Positions 41,691 to 58,130 are shown, counted from the first letter of the stretch. The stretch: 64,000 nt of DNA from the human T2T-CHM13v2.0 reference genome, Homo sapiens (GCF_009914755.1 NC_060926.1); one strand, 5' to 3'. Notes: a model not told the origin generated them from the sequence alone. Translations and numbers: made by a program.

Positions 41691-44449
41691 ATTATCATTA
41701 TTACAACTATTTGTGTTATTATCATTGTTATTCCAAGTTAGTACCAAAGTGGGTAGATAACAGTCCTGCAAGTCAAGGCTCAAAAACAATAAAGTCATGC
41801 GGAAACAGTAACTCAAACAGAAGAGAGAGCCTTGGCACTGGAATGAAGTGGCAAGGACAAGGGAGAGGTGGGACAGAAAGTTTCCTTGACTTCTCTTCAC
41901 CAGCCCATGAGTCCAGGGTGCATGGCTGAGTCAGGCTAACTTAAAGGTATGGGCCACCCACCAAAGGAAGGGACAGATGACAGACAATCTGAGAAAATGG
42001 AAAACATAAAAAAAATCAATATACACAGTATCTGGGACTAATCCCCGTTCGGGGCGGTAAACACTAGAAAGGTGGATATAAATTACAGTGTTCTACCCCA
42101 GTACAATGGGTGAAACTGATGCATTAGGGAAATGACTGATGCATCAATCACTGATGTTTGGACTTTATGGTGGGGGTGAATACAGGAGGAGTTGTTACTG
42201 GAATATATTCACAACAAGGACGCTAATGCATCAAGAAAAACCAAATTATGTCCAAGTGGCCTTGGGTTCAGGAGAGAGAAATCTGTGACACATTCTAGAT
42301 AAAACCTCCAACAGCAACTGCTTTTAATTTTTAAAAGTTAAGTGATCAAATTGGGCAAATTATGTTGTCTTCAAGAGTTAGCTATGTGAAAAATATTTTT
42401 GGATGACACGGGATAAATGAACTATTAACTGTACTCTCTGTACTTGTTCTATTTTATTTTCTGTGTTCATTTTTCTCCCTTTGAATTGTGGCAGGAATTA
42501 ACCACCCACGTCTTAAACATTCCAAGTTAAATCTAGTTTACAATAATCACGAATTGCTTTCCAAACATGAAAATGGCAGTCTTTAAAGTCATTTACAATG
42601 TTCTTTCCAAATCAATTTTAAAGATAAAAAGATAGCCTGAGCTCAATTTTACATTATTTGCCAGGACTCAGGGGAGTCGCCCAAAGTATCATTTTAGGGT
42701 TGGTGCAAAGCACCCAGCTCCAGGGTTTTGAAAGGAAACAGGGACAACCAAAGTTTAAGTCCAGCAGGAATAGGAGAAGTGGCAATATTCAGAAGATTAA
42801 CTTGATAAGATAATGTTTAGCCTCTCTTTACAACCTCAAATGCAAGATGTGGATTCTTAAAGTTTTTGTTCCTATTATCTCCAGTTTGTGCTACTGACAA
42901 CTGCAGTTCCCAAGAGGACATGTGCAGCCTTCCTTCTTGTGTGAAGAGGTGGGGAAAGCAGGGAATTGGCTTTGGGCTCTAACACTAATTAGGACTGCAG
43001 ACAAGTCTTGTCATCTCTTTCTCTGGATCTAAGTTTGCTTGTCCATAAAATTAGAGGGTTAGAATAGATGCCATGAGTTCTTCTAGGTCTAGGATTCTAT
43101 AGCTTTATCTAACAAAAAGATTCAGATAGAACACCAATGACCAGTGGCTGGACTTTAAGGTAGAGGTGAAGATAGGAGTTGTTGCTGGGATATACCACAT
43201 TCCCCTATAAATATTTCTTTTGAAGGTTGTAGTAAACATCACCAACAGTGTCACAAAAGAGGTAGGAGCACTGAAAAATGAGGTGTAAGAGGAAAGAACT
43301 GAAAATCAGGCAGTGGAAGGAGGTCCTACCAAGCCCAGAACAGTCACCCCAGTTAGCTCTAATATGTAGATGGCATTGCCCTGTGGTGCAGGTTGATGGA
43401 AGGAATACTAAGAAGACTCAGATGGTCTTTCTTTGGAAGTTTTTTTTTTTTTTTTGCTGTCCAACAGACCTGAATTTACCATTTCCTGGATTTGTGGCTT
43501 TTTGGCAAATGATCTTCTGTTCTTTGTTTCTGCAGTGGAGAAATGGGAATGGTAGTCATGTACTGTATCAGATTCTTATAGGATAAGGAGGAGTAAATGA
43601 GATAATCCAAATGGAGCACTTGACACAGCACCTGATATATTGGGAAAACCCAGTGAAAAGAGAAGCTCTACTGGTTATGGGCTCAACTTGGGAGCATCCA
43701 CAGTCCACAGCAGCTCACGAAGTGAGTCAACTGTGCCTTCCATTGCAGGGTGGCATTAGCAGTCATGGGAGAACAGAGAACCTCCTAAAGTGGGAGAAAT
43801 CACTGGGCTCCCAGCATTTCAGATGAGAAGAATGCAAGACAGGATGCAGGATATTCATGTTCATCTTTTAGGCAAAGTATTGTTATCCTGTTTTATTTTC
43901 AAGCGTAACTGAATTCTGACTGTAGAAGGCATCCCCCTCCCTCCATCCCCAAGCCCACTCTGTCCCCTACCCAATGTGGCCAAGCTGACAGAGGGCAAAG
44001 CTGCAGTTCAAATGGAGATTGGCTCCAGGATTGCTGGGTTATGTGGGGGTAGGAGCCAAGCCTCCATGCTGGTAGTGTTTCTACCTTGAAAAACCCTTAA
44101 ACCTGGTCAGCTGCATGTACTCTTGGGTCTTTAAGAATATGTGTGGTTAGGATAGGATCCTATTACATTTCTGAAGGGAATACAAATTATCTTAGGCAGT
44201 CTTGATAAAGGTCTTGTCCCCACCCAATATAGAGATGAAGAGAGGGCATATCCCATGAACATGCTTTGGGTTCTAAAACACAGCCTATCACTACATGTCT
44301 ATGAATAAAAATGGTGACATATTATATCGCTTTGTAATTCATTTAATATATAAGATTTTTTAAAAGAGTAGCCTATCAACTTATGCTGTGGCCACCTCTA
44401 TAGAAGCTAATGGTGATATAAAGCTTCAAAATCAAGTTTAATATGACAT

Positions 44450-44685
44450 CAGAGGTAGTATATGTACTGGTTAAGGAAGATTCTAGAAAAAGTCAGCCTG
44501 GATTTGAAAGTCAGTTCTGTCTCTTACTAGCTTGGTAATCTTCAGCAAGTTACTTAACTCCTCTCAACCTTCACACTTCCCTCAGAAGACTGCTGTGAGA
44601 ATTAAGTGAGATAATATGTATAAAAGGTTTAGCATGGTGCCAGGAAGTAGTACTACAAGGTCAACAAGTGGCAGCTACTATTACC
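44450..44685 (+). mobile_element. MIR SINE
   Basis: cttactagcttgg...gcaagttacttaactc...gtgagaattaagtgagataatatgta. Confidence 0.8.
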
Positions 44686-45047
44686 CTCTCCAAAAAGTGG
44701 GAGACACTGTCCACCAGAAAGTCTCTACTTCTGCTTTCTCTCACAGGCATTGAATATGTGAGATGCAGTACTCACTAAAACATTGTCACAACAAAGATTG
44801 CTTCTTTCTAGCAGCTTCTATCTTAGTATGGTCTGACACTTAATCATCATTGCTAACATATGTTGGGAGCTCCTTGGAAAGAGGTCACTGGTACACATCC
44901 AGTGTCGACAGACAAGATCTTCCTCTGACTGGTCTGTTTCAGGGTATATAATATGTTATTCTTCTACTCACTTTATGTAGCTCTTTTTCTAGTTCAAAGC
45001 AAATTTTTACACACACACACTTACACACACAATGCATAAAATAAATC

Positions 45048-45590
45048 TGTGTTTGTTATCTATTGTTGAAGAACACGGTATTCCAAAACTTAATGGCTTT
45101 AAACAAAAATAAACTTTTGTTATCTCACAGTTTCTGTGCGTCAGGAATTCAGGAGTGGCATAGATGTGTAGTTCTGGCTCAAGTGTTTCCTGAGGTTGCA
45201 CACAAGATGTTGACTGGGCCCATGGTCATCTGAAGGCTGCAGGTGCCCTCCCACGGTTCACACACACGGCTGGCAAGTCAGGAGGGGAAGGTGACAAACC
45301 TGACTTCCTCAGCAGGTGGGTTTCTCCACAGGGTTGCTTGGGTGTCCTCATGACATGGCAGCTGGCTTCTTCTAGAGCCAGAAATCCAAGACGATAAGGA
45401 GGAAGCCACACTGAACAATCTAAGTTACTGGAGTTTGAAGTTTATGACCAGTCTAAGTTACACACTATTATTTCTGCAATATCCTGTTGGTCTATAGTTT
45501 AGTCCCATTCAGAGCGGGAAGGAACTACACAGGGCATGAGTATCAAGAGGTAGAGGTTGTTGGAGTCCGCCTTGAAGACAGTCTCACTGT
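45048..45590 (-). mobile_element. MLT1F-like solo LTR
   Basis: tatctcacagtttctgtgcgtcaggaattcagg...gtgtcctcatgacatggcagctggcttc. Confidence 0.8.
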
Positions 45591-46589
45591 AGACACCCAC
45601 TGCCACACACAAATTATATGTATAAGAAGCATCTTTAGTAAATCATCTAATGTCAACACATATAATTCAACAAGCACTTATTGAACACCTATTATCTATC
45701 TCACGCCAATAATACACAGGAGGGCCTCTTGTAGTTGTTTCTGGGTCTTGAAAAATTTGGATATTTTAATGTAACTTTTACTATTCTAGCATTGAAAGGA
45801 TGTTGCGTAGCATAGGTGTCCACAGGGACTTGCTTCCACTCCCTCCTCACAAGACAGAACCATGGAGAGCCACCCAGTCCAAATGAGCCAAGAATGTAAG
45901 TCATCAATTGCTGGAGAGAATGCTTTTAAAAAAGCATGGTTAATTGTGCAAATCTCGGTACATTCCCTTGTTTTCAGGATGTGGAAAGTGATAGCTGCAT
46001 TTTTAACTTTTTGGTTTTCTTTGAGAAAAAGGTATTATATCAGCTTGAAGAATTTTTAATGTGTATTGCTCACACTCTTGGCCAAGAACTTGTTTTAATG
46101 TAAAAATGATACTATGGATATCCAAACTCCAATTTTTGCAAAAGCCCAGGTTTTTTAGGTAAACTTCTACATGGAATTTTTGTTCTTAGCATTTTAGCTA
46201 GTTACATGATAGATGTTATTAACTTCCTTGGAACTGACTATGGGGTAATTTGAGTCAACTAGTAAGTTATCCAAAATAAATGGCTAGGCCATTACTTGGC
46301 CTAACCATTGCTTATGCAATAAAAGTCTCATTCAAGTCTCCTACCCACTCAAGCAAGTACTTCGTTTCTCTCCTCTTCATCACACTGTGTGATAAAAGGT
46401 CACCCTATATCTGCTGTTTCTAATCAGGCACAGTGGGGCCTGGTGATCACTAGGAGTCGGCTGGGGGTGCAAGAGGATAAGCTGCCTGGTATGACACAAA
46501 ATATGACAACTGAATTAGTAGAAGAAACAAATCCTAAAAGGCCAGGTATCCATCCAAACTTCAAGGGGACTTGTAGACATGAATTCAAT

Positions 46590-46945
46590 CACAATGGGTT
46601 AGACCACTTGTGTTCAAGTCCTGGCTCAGCCATTTATCAGCTGTGTAACAATGGAGAAGAGACTTAACTTCTCTGCATTTCATCTGTAAACTAAGGAGAG
46701 TAAGTGTAATGACAGTTAGGATGCCCATATAATTGACCATCCAAACTAGAACCCTTTGAAAGTGAGAGGGTGCTATTAATAATTATGCAAACATAGGGAC
46801 TATTCACAGACAGAATGGAATGCACGGCTACCTTGTTAATGGTTTCTAACCCTTATGGCTACTGCGAAAATCAAATAAGAAAATCCATGTGAAATCACTT
46901 AGCCAGGTGTTTGGCATAATAATGTCAATAAGCATCAGCAATATG
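46590..46945 (+). mobile_element. MIR interrupted by MER81
   Basis: ttcaagtcctggctcagccatttatcagctgtgt left; aaatccatgtgaaatcacttagcc right. Confidence 0.7.
46717..46835. mobile_element. MER81 (hAT-Blackjack)
   Basis: taggatgcccatataattgaccatccaaactagaaccctttgaaagtgagagggtgctattaataattatgc. Confidence 0.75.
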
Positions 46946-47382
46946 ACCAGGGCTTAATAGTGAAGAGGTCCCATAGTGAAGAAGCACTGAGCAGCTTTCG
47001 AACTTGACTCTGCAGGCAGGTTGGCAGATTAAATTTCAGGGTGAAAGGAGATGCAGGCCCCAGACATCAGGGGTGGTATTGAGACAAATATCTAGCATGT
47101 ATAGGGGTGCAGCAGGCAGACCAGATTAGAGGATTAGAGTCTGGCTGCTGCCTTGCAGAGAAGCTGGAGTGAGGAATAGCAATTGGATCAGAAGCTCCAC
47201 TAGCCACACTGACTTCTGATTAGAGGCAGGAGAAGGAAAGGACAAGACAGTTCTACCTCAGTATTCATGTAACTTCACAAGATCTTTGTTTGCCCTACAT
47301 TTGGCATCTCCAAATTCTCACCTCTAACTTCAAAATCTACTGTAACCCCCATATGCTTATTTCCATGTTTCTGTCTTCATAA

Positions 47383-47781
<399 letters not shown>

Positions 47782-49141
47782 TAACAGCAGCACCATTTTC
47801 CCTGAGACACTGGGGTGATCTTTGCTGCCCTCCTCTTCACTGCCATCCGTGTGCAACCTGCAACAAGCTCGGCTCAAATGTACCTGCTGATGGAGGGCGG
47901 GAGGAGAGGAGTTAGACAGCAGCCCATGTAGGAGTACATGCAGCACCCAGTGTGTGAGGCAGGAATGGTGAGCACAAAATTGAAGTCCAGGGCTATGTAC
48001 TAACAGGCTTGAAAGCACCAGGATAGAATTCAGAAAGAGAGCCGCTACCAAACACGCAATATGGTTCAAAGCCACAGAGAAGATTTTAGACCTGAAGGCA
48101 GACTCGCAGAGGGAAGACTGGTGGCTCGAAGAGAGCCTTAAAGAGCCCAGGGGGCTACCAGAAGACCAAGCAGGGTGTGGGCGTGTAGGCATGGAGATAT
48201 AAACAACATTCTGGCAAACAAAGATGTGTCGCTCCAGCTGGCTCTTGTCTGTTTTCCCTCATGTAGGTTCCAAAAGCTGTGATGTTCTGTACCCTCAGAG
48301 CTCTCAGTGACTCAGGAACACATGCCCGTATTTCGATTTCTAGTGCTACCCTCCTGGTTATAGTTCTCATTACTTTCAATCTCATGGTGCCCTGGGATTC
48401 TAAGAGTGAGATAAATATGAATTGGAAAGTGGCAATCTATTTTGGATTCTCTATTAGAAATATGCCAAATGTAAGTTTTTAATACATTTTCTTAATATTT
48501 TGCCTCTGTTGCTGCTTCTCTGTGAGTCAGGATTAGCAGCTGCATAAAAATGAACAAGGAGCAAACGAACATTACCAAAATGATTCAGGAGCATCGGGGT
48601 TTTCTTGGCTCAACACCTTGGTATTATTTGTATTCTTCTTGCTCTTTTTAAATATTTGCTTACATCCCCCTTACATTCTCCTTGGTGTCAGATGCAAGGG
48701 AAGGTTTCCCTTCTCTGGAAACAATCTCTGTACTCTCATCTCTTCCAGGGTCTTGCTCCATCAATCATTCCTCTCCCCTCTCCTGGTTCCTTCCCTTTAG
48801 CAGCATAAAAGCTTCTGCTATATATAAAATAACTCCCCCACAACACACACATATACAACTTTCTTCAACCCTAAGATTTCTTTGGCTAAAGCATTCTTTC
48901 ACCTTCCCTCACTGGCAAACACCTGGAAAACATAATCTAAGCACCCCCTTTCTTCCCTTCTTCTTTTCCCATTCACTCTTAACCCAGGGGGATTGACAAC
49001 AAGCATTTACTATACCCAACTGCCTCCATCAAAGAGTCACAAGTCAGCTCTCTGCATGTGATTTTTATATGGGAAAAGGATGGCTGAAATTCTTAGAAGT
49101 GTTTTCTCTTATGAAAGTGTTGCTCTTAAAATTTCATTTAT

Positions 49142-49427
<286 letters not shown>

Positions 49428-49487
49428 ATATCATTTATAGTATTGTTTTTCTTTGTCTTTCTCTCTCTCTTTCTCTGTCTCTCTCTC

Positions 49488-49575
49488 TTTTTTTTTTTCA
49501 ATAAGGGTCTCGCTATGTTGCCCACGCTGCATTCCTGGCTTTAAAGATCCTCCTGACTTGGCCATCATGCCCTAC
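49488..49575 (-). mobile_element. Degenerate Alu monomer fragment (FLAM-like)
   Basis: gggtctcgctatgttgccc...gatcctcctgacttggcc. Confidence 0.6.
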
Positions 49576-49683
49576 CTCATTCATAGTTTAAACTTTTTGC
49601 AAACATCTTCTTCAGAGTTGCTTCAGCACTGTTATTCCAGCGAGTGAAGCTCAACTTAATAAGATATTAATATGCTAGCTTTC

Positions 49684-49750
49684 TTCCCTCCCTCCCTTCC
49701 TGCCTCCCTCCCTTCCTGCCTCCCTCCCTTCCTGCCTCCCTCCCTCTCTC
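49684..49750 (+). repeat. 16-bp pyrimidine tandem (cctccctcccttcctg), about 3.5 copies
   Basis: Read directly from the sequence. Confidence 0.85.
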
Positions 49751-50427
49751 CCCTCTTTCCTTATTTTCTCTATTTAATGAAAATTTACTGACTGCTAGTC
49801 TGTGCTAGACAATATCCCAGGCCCTTGGGATAAAACAGTGAATACAGAGACACAAAGAGTCCTATCCTCTGGGAGCTTATATTTTGGTGCAAATCTCAAA
49901 AATAATATGATTCCCTCTTGGGAAAATATCCATAAACACTATAATGGTGTTTTTTTTTTTTTTGGTAGATTCTTTAGTCTAAAATGAGTGTTGTCTGGTT
50001 GAATGCCCATAATTGCAGATAAGAAAAATTAAGCCCAAAGAAGCGGCGGTTCCAAGGTCTCCAACCTGAGAGTTGCAGTCTGACAGTATGCAACAGTAAA
50101 TATGTATTTTATTGCATGCCAAGAGCTTGGAAAAGCTCAGCTATGGATTGAAAGCTTTATTATGTGTGGTGCAACAGGATCTCTCTGATCATTCTTCAGA
50201 CAGCATCCTGCCTGATGTCACAAGGCACTGAAGCAGGAACTGCTGAATTGGCAAATGACCTTCAGTTTGAAAATTACAGTATATCCAAAGGGAAGAGATG
50301 TGAATTTCAATTTCATACACTTTCTATGCAAAAATATAGCTGGCCCAGGGAAGATTCATGATGAGTCTTCCGAAGCCACAAAGGCTATGTTCTATCATTT
50401 ATAAAGCAGCATTGGGATCACTCAAGT

Positions 50428-50481
50428 CACACACACACACAGACACACACACACACACACAGACACACACACACACACACA
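50428..50481 (+). repeat. (CA)n microsatellite with two GA interruptions
   Basis: Read directly from the sequence. Confidence 0.95.
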
Positions 50482-50939
50482 TGCAATTACTGGTTTTACA
50501 CATGATGGAAAACTGACTTCAGTCTTATTGCTGCAGTTTATAATGATCTATGTGGCCAGATTCTAAAACTAGAAGGAAAGAACCGCTGGGGATCTCCTAG
50601 TATCTATAAACACATATTCTATTTATTACAGTCATTCGTGGAATTGTGCTTTCCACATGCGGAAGAGTGAAAGTTGAGTTCTCTAGCAAAGGAAGAAACA
50701 ATTGTATTGTTTTGAGCATTTCCTGTTCGTAATTCATTGAAAGCAATTGGTGCCAATCCTGTGAGAAGGCCTGGAGAATTTCAACACGTTCACAATGTCT
50801 CCAAGGTGTCTACGCCAACAGTAGGGCGGGAAAAAGGGATTGACAGTAGTGACTCTACGAGCCAGCCATGCTTCTGTGTCTTTCCCTCAGAGAAAGGTTG
50901 CCCGAAACAGGTCATAGGCTACTACTAGAAAGAAAATCA

Positions 50940-51224
<285 letters not shown>

Positions 51225-51485
51225 TTAATCACTAGAAGCTATTGTGTTAATCTGGCTAATGATGTGTTAATTGGAGTTAAACTATGAAGTGGCTTAGTGC
51301 TGTTTTGTGTCAACAGTGGGATGCCAAACATTATTATGGGCAGTGATATTTTATCAGTACTTTAAAGTGACTGGTTAGCTACTAATAGTAGAAATAGTAG
51401 CAGTAGTCTGGCCACATTCAGGGTATATGCATTTATCAGTAAGTACATAGATGAACTAGCAGGTAGGTGCTCGGGACTTTGGTAA

Positions 51486-51824
<339 letters not shown>

Positions 51825-51880
51825 AGTATACAACAGACTTTCTATAATAGAGTTTTATTTGCAATACTGTGGAAGGGCAG

Positions 51881-52255
51881 TGTCTTAGTCCATGCAGGCT
51901 GCTATAATAAATACCATAACCTGGGTGGTTTATAAACAACAAAAATTAATTTCACACAGTTCTGGAGGCAGGAAGTCCATGATCGAGGCGTCGGCAGGTG
52001 TGGTGTCTGTGAGGGCCTGCCTCCTGGTTCACAGATGGCATCTCCTTGGTTTGTCCTCACATGGTAGGAGGAGCAAATGAGCTCCCTTGAGCCTGTTTCG
52101 TAAGGGCACTAATCCCACTCCTGAGGGCTCTGCCCTCATGACCTAACCATCTTCCATAAGGCCCCACCTCCTAATACCACCGTCTAAGGAGTTAGGATTT
52201 CAACATGTGAATCTGGGGGGAGATGGTAAGGCGACACACATAAGCAACCCATAGC
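51881..52255 (-). mobile_element. MLT1A0-like solo LTR
   Basis: tgtcttagtcc...cacagttctggaggcaggaagtcc...taagggcactaatccc...ggatttcaacatgtgaat. Confidence 0.85.
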
Positions 52256-52472
52256 CAAGAGAGAGGGAGCGTAATTCAGTCAGGGGGATTCCATATGGCT
52301 TCTCAGAGTCTAAGCTATTTGACCTGGGCCGTGAAGGATGAATAAATGACACTTGGGAGGAAAAGTGAGTTAGAGTATTTCAAATGTGAAAGGCTATGTG
52401 GCTCACGAAGGCATCTGACTTTTGAAGGCCGATACCACTTGTTTACCTGATGCTAAACTCTCCCTATATTAG

Positions 52473-52491
52473 CACTGCCCCCTGCTGTCCA
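52473..52491 (-). promoter_or_regulatory. CTCF-like motif
   Basis: Minus strand GGACAGCAGGGGGCAGTG, a 13/14 match to CCASYAGRKGGCRS. Confidence 0.45.
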
Positions 52492-52890
52492 TTGTGAGAA
52501 GAGGTCTGAAAGGACAAATGCATCCTTTTTGCCATTTTGCCCTTTAAAAATGAACAGACTGTCATCCTCAATATCACTTATTTGTAGTATCATTTCTTCA
52601 AGTTTCCATTACCAAGTGGCATGCTGAATAAAAGCAGGCACAGACCAAGAACAGCAATGACAACACGGCTTTCTCAGTGAGTTTACATAGATGTAAGCCT
52701 GATTCCACCTCTTAGGGTCCTTTATTGATAGATAAGTCATACATTTCTTTGGCCTCAGTAGTTGAGATTTAGTCAGCTCTTCAGCTCTCTTTAACTGTTA
52801 ACTGATGAGAATATTTGGAGACAGAAAATGTCTCAGTGACTCCTCATCATAGTGAGACAATGGCCACGCCATGCCACGAGGAGCTAGTTG

Positions 52891-53580
<690 letters not shown>

Positions 53581-54314
53581 GGAAGGTTACATTTTTCAGT
53601 TTGAGTTTTGGGTAAACATCCCCATGGAGATCCTAAGTTCACTGATGGTGGTGTGGGACCTTTTATGATTCCACTAGAATGCTGATCTTGGGAGTAGAAT
53701 TCTCCTTAGAACCGTGGCTGATGCAACTCGAATCAGAAGAAAGACCCACAATCTGGAAATCCTGACACTTTCCTGAGTGTGTTGACTTCATGTTTGACTG
53801 AATGAACCTTTTGTTCAAAAAAGGCAAATCTAAAACACAGACATACGCTTCACTTCTTTTAGTTTCAAATTAAAAGTTTTATCTAATAGTAGTATTTGTT
53901 CAAAATTTTACAAGGTAACATTGTTGATGTTTCATTAGCATCCCTGATCCCTAATGGCCATCCTATCTCTTAAACCACAAGAAATATTGTCTCTTTAAAG
54001 TCCATAATGTGCATTTACACTGATAAAATAAGGCCAGTGACTCCCAAGCTGCTTTGGGGAAAGAGGCCATCTTTTCTCTGTGTGACTTGTTCAGTGGCAA
54101 TTGGAGTTTTACATCTGCTCTACAGGTCCAATCATAATAGAGCTCACTGTTATGTTAAATGTAGTTAGGTCTATCAAAATGTTAATAAACATGATAATGA
54201 CAAACTAAGGAGATAGTTATCATAAAATGATGATAACATTTCTTGACTGTGTCGTATGTGCTCAGCATTTTCTCGTTTCGTTTTGTCTGTGATGTAAGTA
54301 TCATGATCATTCCT

Positions 54315-54770
54315 TGCAGTGGGTTGCAAAGTGGCTCCCCCAAAGATATGCCCATATCCCAATCACTGGAACTCATGAATGTGACCTTATTTGGAAAAAG
54401 GCTCTTTGCAGATGAGTTAAGCCTTTCAAGATGAAATCCTCTTGGATTATTTAAGCTGGCCGTAAATCCAATGAAAAGTGTTCTTATGAGATAGCAGAGG
54501 AAAAGACACAGAGAGAAAAGGAAGAAAAGGTGGGAAAGACATATGAAGACGAAGGCAGAGACTGGAGTTGTGTGGCCACAGGCCAAGGCATTCTTGGAGC
54601 CACCAGAAACTGGAGGAGGCAAGGCAGGATTTGCCCCTAGAACTTTTAGAGGGAGTGTGGCCCTGCTGACTTGATTTTGGACTTCTGGCCTGTAAGAATA
54701 AATATCTATTGTTGTCATAAGCCACTTAAGTTATGCTCATTTGTTATGGTGGCCCTAGGAAACTAGTGCA
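54315..54770 (+). mobile_element. MLT1C solo LTR nested in a minus-strand MIR (about 54190-54900)
   Basis: gaatgtgaccttatttggaaaaagg...ggagccaccagaaactggaggaggcaagg...gccctaggaaactagtgca. Confidence 0.85.
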
Positions 54771-55654
54771 TCCTTATTTTGAAGTTGAGAAACTGGAAGC
54801 TCAGAGAGGTTAAATAACTTCCCAGAGCCACAGAGCTAGCCTTAAGAAATGGGGGAGCTGTGTTTGAATTGACATCCTTCTGACTCAAGCACCTGTGCTC
54901 TAGGCATGAAGCCACATGTCGGCTTAATAATTCAGAGAGCATTTGTTTTCCTAAGACAGAACCAAGGATGTGAAGAGTGTGCTGATGCAATTTCAGAGCA
55001 GGCTCTCCCAGCAGCTTCCTGCTTCCAGAATGCATTTTTTGCATTAAAAAAGCCATTAGAGTTTGTCCATCAGCAATTCAGTCCACGTGTGGCTCAGCCT
55101 CCCAGCTCAGGGATAAGGTAGTTCTATACTTGGCCCCCAAAGGCCTTGCTTTATTTCTCTAATCATAAGTATGATTGTCTTGACTCATGCTGGGCAATAA
55201 TACAATGGAGAATGAACATTAAATTAAATCTATAAAGAGCCTAAAATCAATCAACCCCTTCATGAAACTAATTTTAGAAAAGAGGTCATTAGATATATTA
55301 GAGGCAATTTGAAAGTTAACTGAGAAATGAGACCTCATGTTCTCTTTGGAAAAAAACCTTTTTGTCATGAGATAGATAGAATTTGTACTTCCATCAGAGT
55401 AGTACAGCTGCCACAAAAACCCTACAAATCTCTAGGAGTCAAAATGGTGATTTTATGCTTCAAGTACAGCAGATTACCACTGTTATCCCATATACATGGA
55501 TAATGGCAAACAACTTTCTATTCTCCATGGGCCATCAAACCACCTCTCAGCAATGTAAGGACATGATTTCAATCATTGGTGAATTCAGAAGAGGAGAAAA
55601 GCCATCTTCAAAATATGTACAGTTTTTGTAATTCTAATTGGATTTTATACTAGA

Positions 55655-56075
55655 GCAGTGTTAACTGAATGTCAGTTATTCATGTCCCACCATCTTGATT
55701 TTTGCCAAATCATAGTATTACCTGTTAGTATATACTTAACAAAATCCTTTTAATCAATGACTACCTTTTTTCCATAAAATTTCATTTTAAACTAAAACTG
55801 TATTCTTTGACGTAAACAGGACAACAGTATCACTTGTAAAAAACAGAATAACTGAAAGTAATGGTATAATACAAGGACAAAATTAAATAAATGTTGCCAT
55901 TCAGTTTTAGTTCAATGTTGTTGTCTACCAAAGTTTCTAAGCCCAAGCCCACTCGGTCTTTGTGTGAAGGGGAAGAATTGCAAATATTAGGCAAGCGTTA
56001 TGGACAAACTAATGTTAAATTGAGACTTTATCCTCAGTGTAATCTGAAGTTTGAAAGATAACTGAAACAAAATCT
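55655..56075. mobile_element. MER113-like hAT-Charlie element
   Basis: cagttattcatgtcccaccatcttgatttttgccaaatc...cagtatcacttg...aaattgagactttatcctcagtgtaatctgaag. Confidence 0.65.
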
Positions 56076-57369
56076 TCCACACAATATGATCCAATGTTAT
56101 TTAAAGCTGTGTATGAAACCACCCAAAATAATTTAGAGATTATCCATGTGTCTAATTTAACAAAGTCAAGAGAGAGCTGATGCTCACTGCCAAAGACCAC
56201 CCTCTAGGGTGTACAAAAACATCTTGGAGGTTTTTATTAGGTGCCTCATGAAATAGAGTGGAAAGAGTGAAGATGGGTATTAATATTTTTTGGAGGGGTG
56301 AGTATGGATAGGTGAGGTAATTTTCTAGGCAGAGCAAACACATTATAAATATATTTTAAATATTTGACCAATACGAAAACCATCTTCATTCTTCTCCCCA
56401 CCTTTACTTTATGGACTGTTTCCATACCTTCCATTTATGGCCATCTTAGTTTGAGTGGCATGGGTTAGTATAAAATCCCCTAGTGGTTTCCTAACTGCAA
56501 TTCTTGTCTTTTTTAGATTAAGCTTACACATTTACTTATATCACAGCTTTAGCTGAAAAGCTTCAAAATCTCCCTCAAGTTCATCAAATGATCCAAATGA
56601 GGAGGAACGTACAAAGGCCCCTTTTAATCAGGCTCTTATCTGCTAGGTAAACCTAATAAGTTCTGCTCCATTTCTTAAATGTCGACATACCTCCCATTTA
56701 TGTTTTAGCCCCTGCCACTTTTTGCACTTAGAGTTCCTCTCAATGCTTCCAATCAAAATCCTTCATTTTTCAAAGACCAGTTCAAAGAGCACACTTGCTG
56801 AGGTCCTGTGATGAAGGTAATGTCTCTGTCTTCTAAGCCGTTCTAGTCCTCCTACTACACCTATCACACACTGTCTAACATGAGTTATTTGAGTACATCT
56901 CTTATTTGTATTGATGGTTTCAATCTATGTTTGGAGAAATAAAAGGAGCAAGGAAGGAATAAACATGCAGATTAGAGTTGAGAAACATTGATGGATATCA
57001 GAGTTAATCTCTCATGTTGTTTCTGTCCTCTCAAAGTCAATGACCTGTGCATACAAAGGGTAAAGTGAACCTTGAAAAGGGGGAAATAAAATCCCCAGTT
57101 TTAAGACAGTACTAGCAGTCCTGAGGACTTGAACTTCAAGCCATTAGATTACACTGAGGTGTGCTGAGCCAACTCACCTAACTGCAGTCAAGAGCTCTCA
57201 GGATGTGTGAAGACAGGCTAGAAGGTTTGAGAATGCATAAATGTGTCACAAAATGTATGAAAGGAACGTGAGATAGATTCTGCAATCCATCATCTTGCTT
57301 TCTGTTTACTTCTAGTAAATTTCTAGAGTGGACATTAACAGGATGATTTGTCAGCTCTTACGAAAGAAA

Positions 57370-58130
57370 AAGGTGGTTAGCAGGTACTAGTGCAGATCAC
57401 TAAGACCAAATTAAGTCATGATAATCTTATTTCCTTTTCCCTGGCCTGAGATGAGAAGATTGTATGAGTTTTATGAAGGTATATAATAAGAACTCTGAGA
57501 TGTTTTTGTACCTCCCAGAAGGTGGTTTCTAGCAGTAAGCATTACAACTCTCTCTTGACTTTGTTAAATTAGATGCATGCATAAATAAAACCTGTAAATA
57601 GTCCATGAGGCCAACATTGTTGTAAATAAACTGAAGTTTAAAGCAGACTTAGTAGGTTGACATAACTAGAACCCATAATATTCCCACATGCAAGTTAAGT
57701 CTAAGAAGTTGTACTTTAAGGAGGATTAAAAGAAGATCCTGATTTACATAAAAGTTAAAAGGATATAAAAGAAAGACATGATTTAACAGTGCATTTGTGA
57801 AAAAGACTTGGGCATCAATATAAACCAACCTGATGAGGAATCTAATATTAAGTTGTATTAGAAGAAAACATAGTATTTAGAATAAAAAAGGTGGTGATCC
57901 TGGTTTTCATGGCAGTGATGAAACTTGAAATATTGTGTTTAATTCTTGGAGACAGATTAGGAAGGATACAGACAAGCAGGACCGATTGCAAGGAGAGCAA
58001 TGAAGACATTAAAAAACATCCACAAAAAAGTCCGGAAGAATGATGGTTAGCTTTGGAAAGATAAGACTACAACAGGCTTGACAATTGTTTTTGAAAACTT
58101 AAAAATGGTCATGTAAAAAAGAATTACGCC
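57370..58130 (+). mobile_element. L3/CR1 LINE fragment
   Basis: atttgtgaaaaagacttggg, gaaatattgtgtttaattcttgg, ttagctttggaaagataagact. Confidence 0.6.

Noticed and set aside
42117-42157. Three ACTGATG repeats resembling snoRNA box motifs
   Set aside because: No proper C/D box arrangement or terminal stem.
54182-54718. Longest track ORF (178 aa)
   Set aside because: It lies across an MLT1C LTR and a MIR and has no recognisable domain.
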